Shown one piece after another: positions 9,071 to 18,694 of a DNA stretch of 64,000 bases; position 1 is the stretch's first letter, and each line of letters begins with the position of its first letter. The DNA comes from Alphaproteobacteria bacterium. GTDB lineage: Bacteria > Pseudomonadota > Alphaproteobacteria > MPNO01 > UBA2964. The stretch covers positions 11,869 through 75,868 of the forward strand of contig WLWZ01000011.1 of the NCBI GenBank assembly GCA_012103315.1, read 5' to 3'. The position numbers and the translations under genes were made by a program. The notes under the pieces were generated by a model. The model saw nothing but the letters and a program-made list of their open reading frames with translations, did no database searches and was not told the DNA's origin.

Positions 9071-9985
9071 TCATTTCGGTATAATACGTTGTGGCTTTTC
9101 ACCGCGATCCCACTGCCACAGCGAGCCGTCCGTTTTGAGAGCTATGGTGGTGTTCGATGATGCAGCGACAGCCGTGACGCTGTCGAGGATGGGCTTTGGA
9201 TCGGTGCCATATTCGCTACCCCAGGCGACTAGTGTGTTGTCTTTGAGGATGGCGACGGTGTGAGACGAGCCTGTGGCAATGGCCTTGGCATTGCCGACGA
9301 TTTTGCTCCAGCGCACGGCCTTGTCGCCGAGGCCATGTTTGCCCACCGGGCCATAGATATTGCCGCCGGTGCCAAGCACATCGCCATTGCTATTGAGCAA
9401 GATGGCGTGGCCGGTATGGGCAGTGATATAGGAAACGTCGGTAGCCGTGCGAACGAATGTCTTGGTGCGCTCTAGCCGTCCATCGCCATATTGGCCGCGA
9501 TGAGCTTTGCCTTTGACATATAGATCACCGGATGTCGTGACGTAATAATTAGCGCCATCACCGACAGCTACAGTTCTGATATCATTGGCGATCTTTTGGC
9601 CATTGCGGGTACCGGTTTCAATCCACCAAAGCGTATTGGTCTTATCGATTGCCATGACGCCACTATCGCCCGCGGAGAAACGAACTACTCCATTCTTTAG
9701 GAGACGCGGTTTACTAAAATCGTCGTTGTCGAACCGGAGCAGGGCGCCATTCGGCGTCAGGATATAGTTACTGTCGTCGCCGACACCGACTTGAATAGCC
9801 TTGTGGGGGATTGTCTTTGGAGTGTTATCACCCCGCCAGCCATAGGTGGTGCCATTGATAATCGCCATCTGCCGGTCGTAATAGGCCGCCAAAAGCGGGG
9901 ATGAGCTGTCTGCTCGCGCCGATGAAGCAATCAGGCAGATGATAACGTACGATATGAATGTCGATGCGCATGCTTTGCGGGTCAT
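9071..9985 (-). CDS. secreted beta-propeller protein with RCC1-like repeats
   Basis: Signal peptide 'MTRKACASTFISYVIICLIASSARA', then roughly 50 aa repeats with 'G..H..A(I)L.DG.(L/V)..WG'-type spacing. Confidence 0.4.
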   Translation of the reverse strand: MTRKACASTFISYVIICLIASSARADSSSPLLAAYYDRQMAIINGTTYGWRGDNTPKTIPHKAIQVGVGDDSNYILTPNGALLRFDNDDFSKPRLLKNGVVRFSAGDSGVMAIDKTNTLWWIETGTRNGQKIANDIRTVAVGDGANYYVTTSGDLYVKGKAHRGQYGDGRLERTKTFVRTATDVSYITAHTGHAILLNSNGDVLGTGGNIYGPVGKHGLGDKAVRWSKIVGNAKAIATGSSHTVAILKDNTLVAWGSEYGTDPKPILDSVTAVAASSNTTIALKTDGSLWQWDRGEKPQRIIPK

Positions 9986-10887
9986 GGCTCGATGATCCTT
10001 ACAAGTTTCTTCGGGACTGATTGTCGAACGATATCGGAAAGCCCCTCGATGATTGCCGTTCTGGGAAAGGAGGCGCGGTAGGCTAACCGAACGATCCTTC
10101 CCGCAGTCCCCGAGGCTTCTTTCAGAGTAACGATATTGGGCGTATTCGTCGGTTTCGAAAGCGCGGGGACAAGGGTGATGCCGTCGCCAGCTGCGACCAG
10201 TGCCAGCAATGTTCCAAGACTGGTTTCCCTAGTATTGGAATTGGCAGTACCGGTATTCGCGCTGCAAACATCGAGGACCTGATTGCGCAAACAATGACCA
10301 TCTGCCAATAGAAGAAGTTCCTCGTGGGGCAGGTCACAGACGTCGATGGATTGATTGGTGCAGAGGGTATGACCTTTGGGCAGAGCAATCCAAAATGGTT
10401 CATCATAGAGCAGCTTTTCGGTGAGCCGTTGTTCTTCTGGCGCTGTGGCCAGAATGGCGCCATCCAGATCGCCGACGGCTACTGCCTTTTCCAAGTCAGC
10501 AGTGAAACCTTCGACGAGGGTGAGGGATAGATTTGGCAGGTCATCTCGAATTTTTGCGAGGATAAGAGGCGAGAGTGACGGGGCAATGGTGGCGATCATC
10601 CCGAGCCGAAAGGGACCGGATAGCGGGTCTTTGGCAGCTTGCGCTGTCAACACAATCTCATCAGCCATTGTGATGAGTTGTTGCGCCTGGGCAACAATCT
10701 TTTCGCCGACTGGCGTAATTGAAACGGACCGGTTGGTGCGCTCGAACAACGCCACGCCGAGAAAGTCTTCCAGCTTTTGAATTTGTCCGCTCAGGGCAGG
10801 TTGGCTGACATGACAACGATCAGCGGCGCGACCGAAATGTTTCTCTTCGGCGACGGCAACGACGTATTCCATGTCACGTAGATTCAT
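9982..10887 (-). CDS. oxyR: LysR-family peroxide-sensing transcriptional regulator OxyR
   Basis: The N-terminus aligns almost residue for residue with E. coli OxyR (MNLRDMEYVVAVAEEKHFGRAADRCHVSQPALSGQIQKLED versus [41 protein letters not shown]). The redox Cys pair is conserved ('DGHCLRNQVLDVC'). The start is set to the ATG at 10887. It is divergent from a catalase gene. Confidence 0.85.
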   Translation of the reverse strand: MNLRDMEYVVAVAEEKHFGRAADRCHVSQPALSGQIQKLEDFLGVALFERTNRSVSITPVGEKIVAQAQQLITMADEIVLTAQAAKDPLSGPFRLGMIATIAPSLSPLILAKIRDDLPNLSLTLVEGFTADLEKAVAVGDLDGAILATAPEEQRLTEKLLYDEPFWIALPKGHTLCTNQSIDVCDLPHEELLLLADGHCLRNQVLDVCSANTGTANSNTRETSLGTLLALVAAGDGITLVPALSKPTNTPNIVTLKEASGTAGRIVRLAYRASFPRTAIIEGLSDIVRQSVPKKLVRIIEP

Positions 10888-11001
10888 AACGATAAGTGTA
10901 ACCAATCATAATAATAAGAAGAATCGATTTTGTTAATGATTGTTCCTTCGCTATCTCTAAGGACGAGGCAATTAGGCCCGCAAACCAGAGGAGATAGGTC
11001 G
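10888..11001. promoter_or_regulatory. divergent oxyR / catalase promoter region with a probable OxyR operator
   Basis: A 114 bp AT-rich spacer between the oxyR and catalase start codons. It contains ATAA/ATCA/CTAT tetrads at roughly helical-turn spacing. No exact OxyR consensus could be placed by eye. Confidence 0.35.
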
Positions 11002-12438
11002 ATGAGTAAATGTCCCGTTATGACAACCGCAAACGGTAGTCCTGTGCCGGACAACCAAAATAGCCTGACAGCGGGGCCTCGCGGTCCGCTTCTGGCTCAG
11101 GATTGGCAGCTGTTCGAGAAGCATGCTCACTTCAATCGAGAGCGTATTCCCGAACGCGTGGTTCATGCCAAGGGATCTGGAGCCTACGGTACGCTCAAGA
11201 TTACAGACGATATTTCCAAATACACCAAAGCCAAGGTCTTTGAAGTTGGTAAGGAAACAGAATGCTTCCTGCGATTCTCAACGGTGGCCGGTGAGAAGGG
11301 TGCTGCTGATGCAGAGCGGGATGTCCGTGGTTTCGCTGTGAAGTTTTATACGGAAGAAGGCAATTGGGACGTCGTTGGCAATAACACGCCGGTGTTCTTT
11401 GTCCGCGATCCTTACAAGTTCATGGACTTCATCCATAGCCAGAAACGCGACCCGAAAACCAACCTGCGAGATGCAACCATGCAGTGGGATTTCTGGTCGC
11501 ATTCACCGGAAGCGTTGCATCAGATCACGATCTTGATGTCAGATCGCGGTGTGCCGAGCAGTTATCGTCATATCAACGGCTATGGCTCGCATACTTACAG
11601 CTTCATCAATGCCGACAATGAACGGTATTGGGTAAAATTCCATTTCAAAACTCAGCAAGGCCATTCGTTTAATCTTGGTGATGATGAGGCCAATGTGATT
11701 GGTCAGGATCGCGAGAGCCATCAGCGTGACCTGTATGATGCAATCGAACGTGGTGACTTCCCGAAATGGACGGTGAAAGTCCAGATCATGTCGGAAGCAG
11801 AAGCCGAGAAGACATCTTATAACCCGTTTGATTTGACCAAGGTCTGGCCGCACGCGGAGTTTCCGTTGATCGAGGTCGGTACGATGGAGCTTAACCGCAA
11901 TCCTGAGAACTACTTCGCGGAGGTCGAGCAGGCGGCGTTTACCCCGGCGAATGTTGTCCCGGGGATTGGTCACAGTCCGGACAAGATGTTGCAAATGCGG
12001 ATTTTGTCTTACGGTGATGCCCAACGCTATCGGGTCGGGGCCAACCATCAGGCGTTGCCGGTAAACGCGCCGAAATGTCCGGTCCATAATTACCAGCGTG
12101 ATGGTGCGATGCGGTTCGATGGCAACAATGGCGGTGCGGTAAATTATGAACCGAACAGTGTCGGTGGCCCGGTTGAAGATCAATCTGTCAAAGAGCCACC
12201 ACTTGCTGTTGGTGATGTGGCTGATCGGTACGATCATCGTGACGAGAATGATGATTACACCCAGGCCGGAAACCTGTTCCGCTTGATGTCATCAGAGGAG
12301 CAAGGGCGTCTCATGGATACCATTGCCGGTGCGATGGAAGGCGTGCCGGAAGAGATCATCAATCGACAGGTGGGTTACTTCCATCGAGCTGACCCGGATT
12401 ACGGGAACGGCATCATGAAACGTTTGGTAAAGAAGTAG
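11002..12438 (+). CDS. katA: monofunctional haem catalase (small-subunit, clade 3-like)
   Basis: Catalase core motifs are present: '[18 protein letters not shown]' (distal His), 'FDRERIPER', the 'RxxxxY' proximal region, and the NADPH-binding-clade length (479 aa). The start is moved to the ATG at 11002, which follows a GAGGAG RBS. Confidence 0.85.
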   Translation: MSKCPVMTTANGSPVPDNQNSLTAGPRGPLLAQDWQLFEKHAHFNRERIPERVVHAKGSGAYGTLKITDDISKYTKAKVFEVGKETECFLRFSTVAGEKGAADAERDVRGFAVKFYTEEGNWDVVGNNTPVFFVRDPYKFMDFIHSQKRDPKTNLRDATMQWDFWSHSPEALHQITILMSDRGVPSSYRHINGYGSHTYSFINADNERYWVKFHFKTQQGHSFNLGDDEANVIGQDRESHQRDLYDAIERGDFPKWTVKVQIMSEAEAEKTSYNPFDLTKVWPHAEFPLIEVGTMELNRNPENYFAEVEQAAFTPANVVPGIGHSPDKMLQMRILSYGDAQRYRVGANHQALPVNAPKCPVHNYQRDGAMRFDGNNGGAVNYEPNSVGGPVEDQSVKEPPLAVGDVADRYDHRDENDDYTQAGNLFRLMSSEEQGRLMDTIAGAMEGVPEEIINRQVGYFHRADPDYGNGIMKRLVKK

Positions 12439-12452
12439 CAGGAAGAAGGTGA

Positions 12453-12479
12453 TATCCGGGGCCCTTTAGGTCCCGGATA
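12453..12479 (+). terminator. strong GC hairpin downstream of the catalase gene, with no U-tract
   Basis: An ~11 bp stem 'tatccggggcc' / 'ggtcccggata' with a 5 nt loop. It sits 15 nt after the catalase stop and is followed by 'cgcatgcttt', not a T-run. It may be a Rho-dependent or attenuator-type structure. Confidence 0.35.
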
Positions 12480-12760
12480 CGCATGCTTTGAGACCAGGAG
12501 TAATTTGAAATGAAAGCGCTGACTTATTCACTACTAAATGAATTTTGTGACGTTTCAATCTGGGTAACGTTAGGGCTCAGAGAAAGCCTGCCCATCCCGC
12601 GGATTAATGGCACTTATCATGCCAAATCTGTCATTTAGATGAGGTCTTGCTGAATCAGTGATTTGAGTCTTAGAATATTGGGGAATCGGTTTTTGATCGA
12701 CCGCTTCGATACGGCGTCAACGGTATGGCGCGAAGCAATAAATCAACTTCGGGAGGTACT

Positions 12761-13795
12761 ATGATTAAATACACTTTACCAATAGTTCTCGCCGCCTCCG
12801 TGACCGCTCTGCCGGCACTGGCGAATAAAGCGAAGCTAATGGAACTTTACAAAGAGAAAACCGTGACCATTACGATTCCGTATGGTCCTGGCGGAACTTA
12901 TGACAAATATGGTTTGAGTTTCTCTAATCATCTGGGACGTCAACTTCCCGGTAAGCCAAATATGATTCTGCAGTATATGCCAGGTGCCGGTGGTGCTAAG
13001 GCCATGAACTGGTTTGCCAATGTCGCCCCTAGACATGGCCGGAACCTGATTGTGCCGCTCGACAATACGGTTATCAACCAGGTCCTGCGTCCAAAAAAGA
13101 TGCGCTACAATGCAAACGATTTCACATGGCTTGGTTCTTCTAACCAGACTAATTCAGTGATCGTTATTCGTGCTGATAAAGGCATCAAGCACATCAATGA
13201 CATGAAAAAGATTCAGGCGATCGGTTCAACGAGTGGTAAGAACTCAAGCACTTATATCTTTTCTGTCTTAGCGGCAAAATTACTTGGCCTTAAGATGAAG
13301 ATGGTGACAGGTTATAAAGGGTCATCACGGTCTATCTTCGCCATCGAACAGGGTGAAGTCGATTTCACGGCACCGAACTGGCTGGCTTGGAATTCAAAAG
13401 TGCCGCATTGGTTCAAGGGCAAGAAACCTTTTGCTATTCCGATTTTGCAGAATGGGTTCTTTGTTGACCCCAATATTCCAGATGTACCCATGTTCACGGA
13501 ACTTGTGAAACCAGCAGACAGGCCTTTGGCTTCATTTCTGGCGTCAGCTGGTCCGCTTGGTCGCGGTTTGATTTTGCCACCAAAATCGCCGAAATACCTG
13601 ACGAAACCGCTTCGCGCGGCTTATGATGCGATGAACGCTGATCCGAAGTTCAATGCTGAACTGAAGAAACGTAAGCTTCGCTTGATCGCCAGTAAGGGTG
13701 AAGTCATTCAGGGTATTGTTGCTAAAGCGCTTAAAGACACATCACCTGCCGTCATCGCACGGGTAAGGTCATTGGTCTTTGGTAGCGGAAGCTAA
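12761..13795 (+). CDS. TctC/Bug-family periplasmic substrate-binding protein (orphan)
   Basis: Signal peptide 'MIKYTLPIVLAASVTALPALA'. Bug-family motifs 'PGAGGAKA', 'GYKGSS'. The start is moved to the ATG at 12761, which follows a GGGAGG RBS. Confidence 0.75.
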   Translation: MIKYTLPIVLAASVTALPALANKAKLMELYKEKTVTITIPYGPGGTYDKYGLSFSNHLGRQLPGKPNMILQYMPGAGGAKAMNWFANVAPRHGRNLIVPLDNTVINQVLRPKKMRYNANDFTWLGSSNQTNSVIVIRADKGIKHINDMKKIQAIGSTSGKNSSTYIFSVLAAKLLGLKMKMVTGYKGSSRSIFAIEQGEVDFTAPNWLAWNSKVPHWFKGKKPFAIPILQNGFFVDPNIPDVPMFTELVKPADRPLASFLASAGPLGRGLILPPKSPKYLTKPLRAAYDAMNADPKFNAELKKRKLRLIASKGEVIQGIVAKALKDTSPAVIARVRSLVFGSGS

Positions 13796-13821
13796 GTCCT
13801 AGACTTTAAGTTCGACAGAAA

Positions 13822-13854
13822 GGCGGTCCCTGGTTTCCAGGGGCCGCTTTTTTT
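13822..13854. terminator. rho-independent terminator (probably bidirectional)
   Basis: 11 bp stem 'gcggtccctgg' / 'ccaggggccgc' (one G.U pair), 3 nt loop, then a T7 run. It lies between the tctC paralogue stop (13795) and the convergent Rieske gene stop (13857). Confidence 0.7.
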
Positions 13855-13856
13855 AT

Positions 13857-14906
13857 TTAAACAGCATGAAGTTTGGTGTTTTCAGTCTCTTCAGCAATCA
13901 AGCGGTCGACAAGACGTCGTACTTCAAGGGCACCGGCATCTGCACCAACATCTATCTTAGGCGCGCCGTCCCATCGATCCTGTTGGGCCTCGATGATCAC
14001 AATATCTTCGTTAAAGGCAAGGACAGAGGCATCGTAGATGGCATCCTCCTGTTCACTTGATAACCCATCTGCCTTGTTGGCCATTACCCAGAGATAGAGC
14101 GTGGTCTCATCGGTCTCGGGCATTGCAAGATGCAAGGTATGACGATCTAACAACATGTTCTCTGGGGCGGCTTCACGACCGCCAGTTCCGGCCTTGGATG
14201 AGCCGACCTGGAGCCAGACAAATCCCGGTGGGGCGTACTCAATTACTTGCCAGCGATCAACATTATCAGAATAGCCAGTCACAGCGACATGTGCGGGGGC
14301 CGGGGCGATATCTTCCATAAATCGGGTAATACGAACCCGGTCACCATCACGTTCGGTTTTGGCCACGGCTTGTTCCGCCACGCCGGATGCGCCGATGGTG
14401 GATTTGTGGGCGAACGGCAGGTGCGTGACATCCATCAAATTATCGATGAGTAGGCGGTTATCAAAATGCCCATATAGATGCGCATAGCGGACACGCCAAT
14501 CGGCGTTGGAGGCGAAGGGAAAATCATAGGGCACTACGGAATTGCTGAGAGCTGGGTCGCCCATCCAAACGTGGATAAATCCCTGTTGTTCGATACACGG
14601 GTATGAGCGCACGGCGGCACCCGGCGGAATCTGCTTTTGGCTCGGAACGCGAACGCAGGCACCACTGCAGTCATATTCAAGGCCGTGATAGCCGCATTGA
14701 ATATTGTCCCCGACAATCTCTCCGAGCGACAAAGGTGCCTGCCGGTGAACACAGCGATCTTCCAGAACAACAACCTTGCCGGTGGATGGTGTACGAAACA
14801 AAACAAGAGGCTCGTTCAGCATGCGCGATGCAATGGGTTTATCCGTTACCTCTTCGGTGAGGCCTGCGACATACCAACGATTTCTCAATTGGGGGGTATT
14901 GATCAT
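13857..14906 (-). CDS. Rieske non-haem iron oxygenase alpha subunit, VanA-like (O-demethylase/monooxygenase class)
   Basis: Rieske motif 'CVHRQAPLS...CGYHGL'. The N-terminus 'WYVAGLTEEV' and the 349 aa length are typical of the VanA/TsaM class. There is a catalytic mononuclear-iron domain with H/D ligands ('DVTHLPFAH'). No reductase partner is present in the window. Confidence 0.7.
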   Translation of the reverse strand: MINTPQLRNRWYVAGLTEEVTDKPIASRMLNEPLVLFRTPSTGKVVVLEDRCVHRQAPLSLGEIVGDNIQCGYHGLEYDCSGACVRVPSQKQIPPGAAVRSYPCIEQQGFIHVWMGDPALSNSVVPYDFPFASNADWRVRYAHLYGHFDNRLLIDNLMDVTHLPFAHKSTIGASGVAEQAVAKTERDGDRVRITRFMEDIAPAPAHVAVTGYSDNVDRWQVIEYAPPGFVWLQVGSSKAGTGGREAAPENMLLDRHTLHLAMPETDETTLYLWVMANKADGLSSEQEDAIYDASVLAFNEDIVIIEAQQDRWDGAPKIDVGADAGALEVRRLVDRLIAEETENTKLHAV

Positions 14907-14965
14907 CTATCTCGTCCAGACTGTGTGAGGCGACATTCTAGAGCGCCTTCGATCAGAATCAAAAT

Positions 14966-15769
14966 TCAAGGCACGTGGTGTGTGTTTGTTGCGCGGAGCA
15001 TTTGGATAACGATAAAGGCGGCCACGGCGGCGAAAAGATGTTTGAGCGTATGGCCGCTTAGCGCACCCTGTAGAACGCTATAAAGCCAGTGATCGAGTTT
15101 CTCCAGCGCCATGGCACTGCCATACCAGGCGATTACCCAGAGTAGGTATGATGCTTTGGTGTAACGACCATTTGGAAACAGGATTAAAACAATGGGCAAC
15201 AAGGCGATTGGAAAGAATTGGACAAAGCCATAGAACCGTAAATCCCCGGTCCCCTGCGCTTCGGTGATGGACCAGTAGATCAGGCTAGCAGCACCTAGCG
15301 TTACGAGAAGGGGCAAAAGCCAGGGAATGATGTTTGGGCGGTTGATCCGGTCGGTTAGAAAAGCTGTGAAGAAACCCATAAAGGCCATCGTCATTGGCAA
15401 TCGGTCCCAGAACAAACGATCATTATCCGGTGCCCCGTGATAGTAGGCAGAGCCAACACTGACCAAAGCCACGCCGCTAAAGAAAACGATATAGGGCCAT
15501 TTTTCGAGAGATCGTGGAAAAATCGACTGCCCTGTTGGCCCAAGTATGGTCCAAAGCCCCCAGAGGCCGACCAGCGCAAAAGCGGCATTTGACACGGTGT
15601 TCCCAAAATTCACGATGCCGAGACAGGTGCGTACGTCGGCAAACAAGTGAAATGTGGGGTCCTGTGGGATCGGTGAAACTTGAAGCAGGCCAATGAATGC
15701 GGCTATTCCAATGGCGCTCAAAATACTGACGTTTCTGGCATAGTTTGGTCCGTCGGTTTCAGGTCTCAT
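14966..15769 (-). CDS. 7-TM integral membrane hydrolase of the ceramidase/CREST superfamily (alkaline-ceramidase-like)
   Basis: Seven predicted TM helices. It carries a C-terminal 'HTLKH' (HxxxH) motif and an earlier 'YYHGAPDND' His/Asp motif, as in alkaline ceramidase / PAQR-type 7TM hydrolases. Its ATG overlaps the EutA-like stop (TGATG), so the two are translationally coupled. Confidence 0.4.
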   Translation of the reverse strand: MRPETDGPNYARNVSILSAIGIAAFIGLLQVSPIPQDPTFHLFADVRTCLGIVNFGNTVSNAAFALVGLWGLWTILGPTGQSIFPRSLEKWPYIVFFSGVALVSVGSAYYHGAPDNDRLFWDRLPMTMAFMGFFTAFLTDRINRPNIIPWLLPLLVTLGAASLIYWSITEAQGTGDLRFYGFVQFFPIALLPIVLILFPNGRYTKASYLLWVIAWYGSAMALEKLDHWLYSVLQGALSGHTLKHLFAAVAAFIVIQMLRATNTHHVP

Positions 15770-17283
15770 CAACCGTCCACTCCATCTCGTCCCAGCGCAG
15801 CGCTATCCGGAAACAACAATGACTTTATAACGACGGGGACGGCGCCGGAAGCGGCCATCATGTCGCCGATATCGATATAATCGAACTCTTCAAGGGCGAT
15901 GCTGTCGATCGAGATGATCGGGACCTCTAGCTTCAGCTCTTCGGCAGCATGAATGCCAAAGACTTTCCCGATATCGCCTTCGCAGACCATGACCAATGGG
16001 TGTCTATTTTTAAGGTGCCTGGAAAGCCCTTCAGACACACCTGATAGGAAGTCATGAATACGCTGGTAGCTCGCTGAACCCAACCAGTCGAAGCATAGGG
16101 CAATCGGTTGCTCTGCACCAGCTTGGTCGAGGCGCAGTAAGGCATTGGTGACAGCGTCGGTGACATTCGTTTGGTCGATCTCATCCAGTTCCAATGCGAA
16201 GGCGGGTTTGATAACCGGGATATTGCGCAACGGCAGAAGCGTTTCGTCTGACACCATGATCGTGGTGCCAGATAGTTGGATGGTATATTGCGAGGCTCCG
16301 ACGACTGTGGCTCTAATATTCTCGACCGGCGGCATGACGCGATAGCCGGCGCTTTCTATTCGCCGGTGAATAGCCCGCCCGAGATAGTTACCAAGATCGC
16401 CGAACGTGCTTTCCTCATACCCGTAGATGAATTCAGAAACGCCGCCGGAAAAGGTGAGTGCATCGATTTCGCCGCGCCAGCTAATCGGTGCTAGCCGATG
16501 GAGTGCCTCGGTTTCAGTTGAGGGAACGCGCAATGTAATAATTTCTTCCAGCCGATCCGCCATCTTTTCTGCGATGTTCTCACAATCAGCTGCTGTAATG
16601 TGATCGCCCGGTGAAAGCTCAAGCCCCGCTTCATGAATAAAAATCCGCCCAGCTTCTTCAATTCGCGTGATGGTGCCAGCATCGTCAAAGGCGATTAGCC
16701 GCGCGCCAATATCAACAGCAGTCAGCCCAACGATCTCACCTTTGTCGCAAATAGCAACCTTGGTTGTGCCACCGCCGATATCAATGTTCATCACCACGAC
16801 ACCAACGTCTTTAGAATTTATCACTGCGCCAGAACCGTAGGCCGCCATCGCCGCTTCCATCTGATCTCCGGCGGAGACAGAGACAAATTTACCGGTTTCG
16901 ACGGCGAAGAGTTCTCCGATAGCCCGGGCATTTTGTCGTCGAACGGCGAGGCCGGTGAGAATGAGGGCGCCGGTATCAACTTCGTCGGGGCGCAGCTGGG
17001 CTGAGCGATACTGGCCAGCGATATAGTCAGCGAGCTTGTCGGAATCGATGGTTTGCTGGTCGGTGTAGGGCGTCAGGAAGATATCAGAGTCATAGATGAC
17101 CTGGCGTTCGGCCGCGACATAGCGGCCATCGCGCTGTTCCATTCGTAGCCGTGAGAATACGAGATGCGATGTCGAGGAACCAATGTCGACACCGACACTG
17201 ACGAGTGAGGTCTTTTCTGCTCCAGCGAGATTGCGTTGCTCGGCAAAAACAACCCGACCACCTTCTTCTTCCTCGTCATACAC
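15769..17283 (-). CDS. eutA: EutA homologue (ethanolamine ammonia-lyase reactivase family, ASKHA ATPase), orphan
   Basis: It matches E. coli EutA blocks: 'LVSVGVDIGSSTSHLVFSRL' vs 'LLSVGIDIGTTTTQVIFSRL'; 'IDIGGGTT'; 'IRATVVGASQYTIQLSGTTI' vs 'VRATVIGAGAHTLSLSGSTI'; 'LPLRNIPV'; 'DYIDIG'; 'VPVVIKSLLFP'. No eutB/eutC-like ORF is present anywhere in the window. Confidence 0.75.
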   Translation of the reverse strand: MYDEEEEGGRVVFAEQRNLAGAEKTSLVSVGVDIGSSTSHLVFSRLRMEQRDGRYVAAERQVIYDSDIFLTPYTDQQTIDSDKLADYIAGQYRSAQLRPDEVDTGALILTGLAVRRQNARAIGELFAVETGKFVSVSAGDQMEAAMAAYGSGAVINSKDVGVVVMNIDIGGGTTKVAICDKGEIVGLTAVDIGARLIAFDDAGTITRIEEAGRIFIHEAGLELSPGDHITAADCENIAEKMADRLEEIITLRVPSTETEALHRLAPISWRGEIDALTFSGGVSEFIYGYEESTFGDLGNYLGRAIHRRIESAGYRVMPPVENIRATVVGASQYTIQLSGTTIMVSDETLLPLRNIPVIKPAFALELDEIDQTNVTDAVTNALLRLDQAGAEQPIALCFDWLGSASYQRIHDFLSGVSEGLSRHLKNRHPLVMVCEGDIGKVFGIHAAEELKLEVPIISIDSIALEEFDYIDIGDMMAASGAVPVVIKSLLFPDSAALGRDGVDG

Positions 17284-17314
17284 GATCTTTTACGAGGCCT
17301 TCCGTCATTTAGGT

Positions 17315-18541
17315 TTAGCCACCAGCAAAGGAGTAGGTAGTGTTCTTATCATAGAATTTTTCGTCCATCCGGTTCTCTGATCCTTCGGAGGTTAACGCTT
17401 CGGCAAAACTCGACCGTACCTGTGGATCTTCGAGCGAATAGGGAACAGAAGCGCCACCAGCATAGGTTATATCGACCATCCCAGGGTCGACGACCGTATC
17501 ACCTGGGATGCCGGCTTGTTGCGCGAGGTGATTATTGGGACCGTACCAGCCAAGTAATCGAAGCGGTTCATCGCCAGTTGAGAAATGCTGATGAAACCAG
17601 TCACCCTCCATCGGTGCGGCGGAAATCATGCTGAACTGGCCATATTCTTGGCGAAGCACATTGTCACCCTGGCCGTCTTGCCAGGGCGTTGGACCGAGCT
17701 CCTGTGGCCAGGTGTAGGAATACCCCTTTCCGCCAATGCATATGAACGCGGCGGCTGAGCCCGGCGAATAGGCCCGTGAATAACGGCCAGCGGGGTGCTC
17801 GCCGATATATTGGTAAAACACATTTTCCGCCATTTGCGGTTCCATCCGGCGGTAGCCGGGTGTTCGACGATTATCGAGATAAAGCTCTGTTGTGAAGACG
17901 TCGGCGACGACATTGGTCCTGCACATGGCCAAGCCGCGTGCAGGGTCAGGCTGTAACCCGTCTGATGGCTCGAAGCTGCTACCGGTTGGGTCATAGCGCT
18001 TCTTCATTTGTAGGGACGAGGCAAAAATAATGTCTTCATCCCGCATCAGATTGAACATGTTAGGTGCGGTGGTTCCCGCCAACAAAATTGCCGGATTGGC
18101 GGATGAGTTCACGATGCGATGATGGGTATTCATCGGGATTGCAAAAAGTGAACCGCGGCTCCATTCAAAGACTTCAGGACGATCTTGCCCATCTTCCCAA
18201 ATCTCGGTTGTGCCGCGCCCTTCGAGAACCAGATAGACCTCTTCGTAAAGGTGCCGTTCTTCGTTTAGTGCCCCGGCGCCGGGAACCTCAATAAGATAGC
18301 TACCCCATTTGCCTTCGGTGCCAAACAGCTGGATAAAGCAACCGCGTCCACCCATCTGGTCCCAAGGTTGCATTGGCAAATTCAGAACGTTGGCGATCCC
18401 AATTTCCCGGATTACTGGAATATTCTGTGCCTCCATAAAATCATCATAAGGCGTCGCCAATCTCGGCCAGGATGGGGTGCCGGCATACAGGTCGCGTCCG
18501 GGTTCGTGCCAGTGCGGATCACCCGCGACATCATGGGGCAT
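17315..18541 (-). CDS. bicupin-fold protein (gentisate-dioxygenase-like architecture), paralogue of 23052-24254
   Basis: Cupin motif 2 ('...WFHQHFSTGDEP', P-x5-H-x3-N spacing) is retained. The paralogue's 'HRHAAGTHVH' His cluster is replaced here by 'RYSRAYS'. It is the first gene of the minus-strand operon ending with the Rieske oxygenase. Confidence 0.4.
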   Translation of the reverse strand: MPHDVAGDPHWHEPGRDLYAGTPSWPRLATPYDDFMEAQNIPVIREIGIANVLNLPMQPWDQMGGRGCFIQLFGTEGKWGSYLIEVPGAGALNEERHLYEEVYLVLEGRGTTEIWEDGQDRPEVFEWSRGSLFAIPMNTHHRIVNSSANPAILLAGTTAPNMFNLMRDEDIIFASSLQMKKRYDPTGSSFEPSDGLQPDPARGLAMCRTNVVADVFTTELYLDNRRTPGYRRMEPQMAENVFYQYIGEHPAGRYSRAYSPGSAAAFICIGGKGYSYTWPQELGPTPWQDGQGDNVLRQEYGQFSMISAAPMEGDWFHQHFSTGDEPLRLLGWYGPNNHLAQQAGIPGDTVVDPGMVDITYAGGASVPYSLEDPQVRSSFAEALTSEGSENRMDEKFYDKNTTYSFAGG

Positions 18542-18694
18542 AAATCGCTCTTAACTAGTTAGAAAACTGCCAAAAAACTTGATACCGAACATGGTCAAAC
18601 GAAGGACAGCTGTCAAGTTTGGCCCCGGTGTTCCTTAGAATACATATGCGGCGCATAATGGTGGTTAAGCAGGGATCGAACGAGAGGTGTGAAC

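Noticed and set aside
11539-12237. 232 aa ORF antisense to the catalase gene
   Set aside because: Fully contained in the catalase CDS. It has no motifs and its composition is typical of a reverse-frame artefact.
18541-18689. Imperfect palindrome 'TTGATACCGaacaTGGTCAA' in the bicupin/SDR divergent promoter
   Set aside because: Only 6 of 9 positions pair and there is no adjacent regulator gene. Too weak to call an operator.
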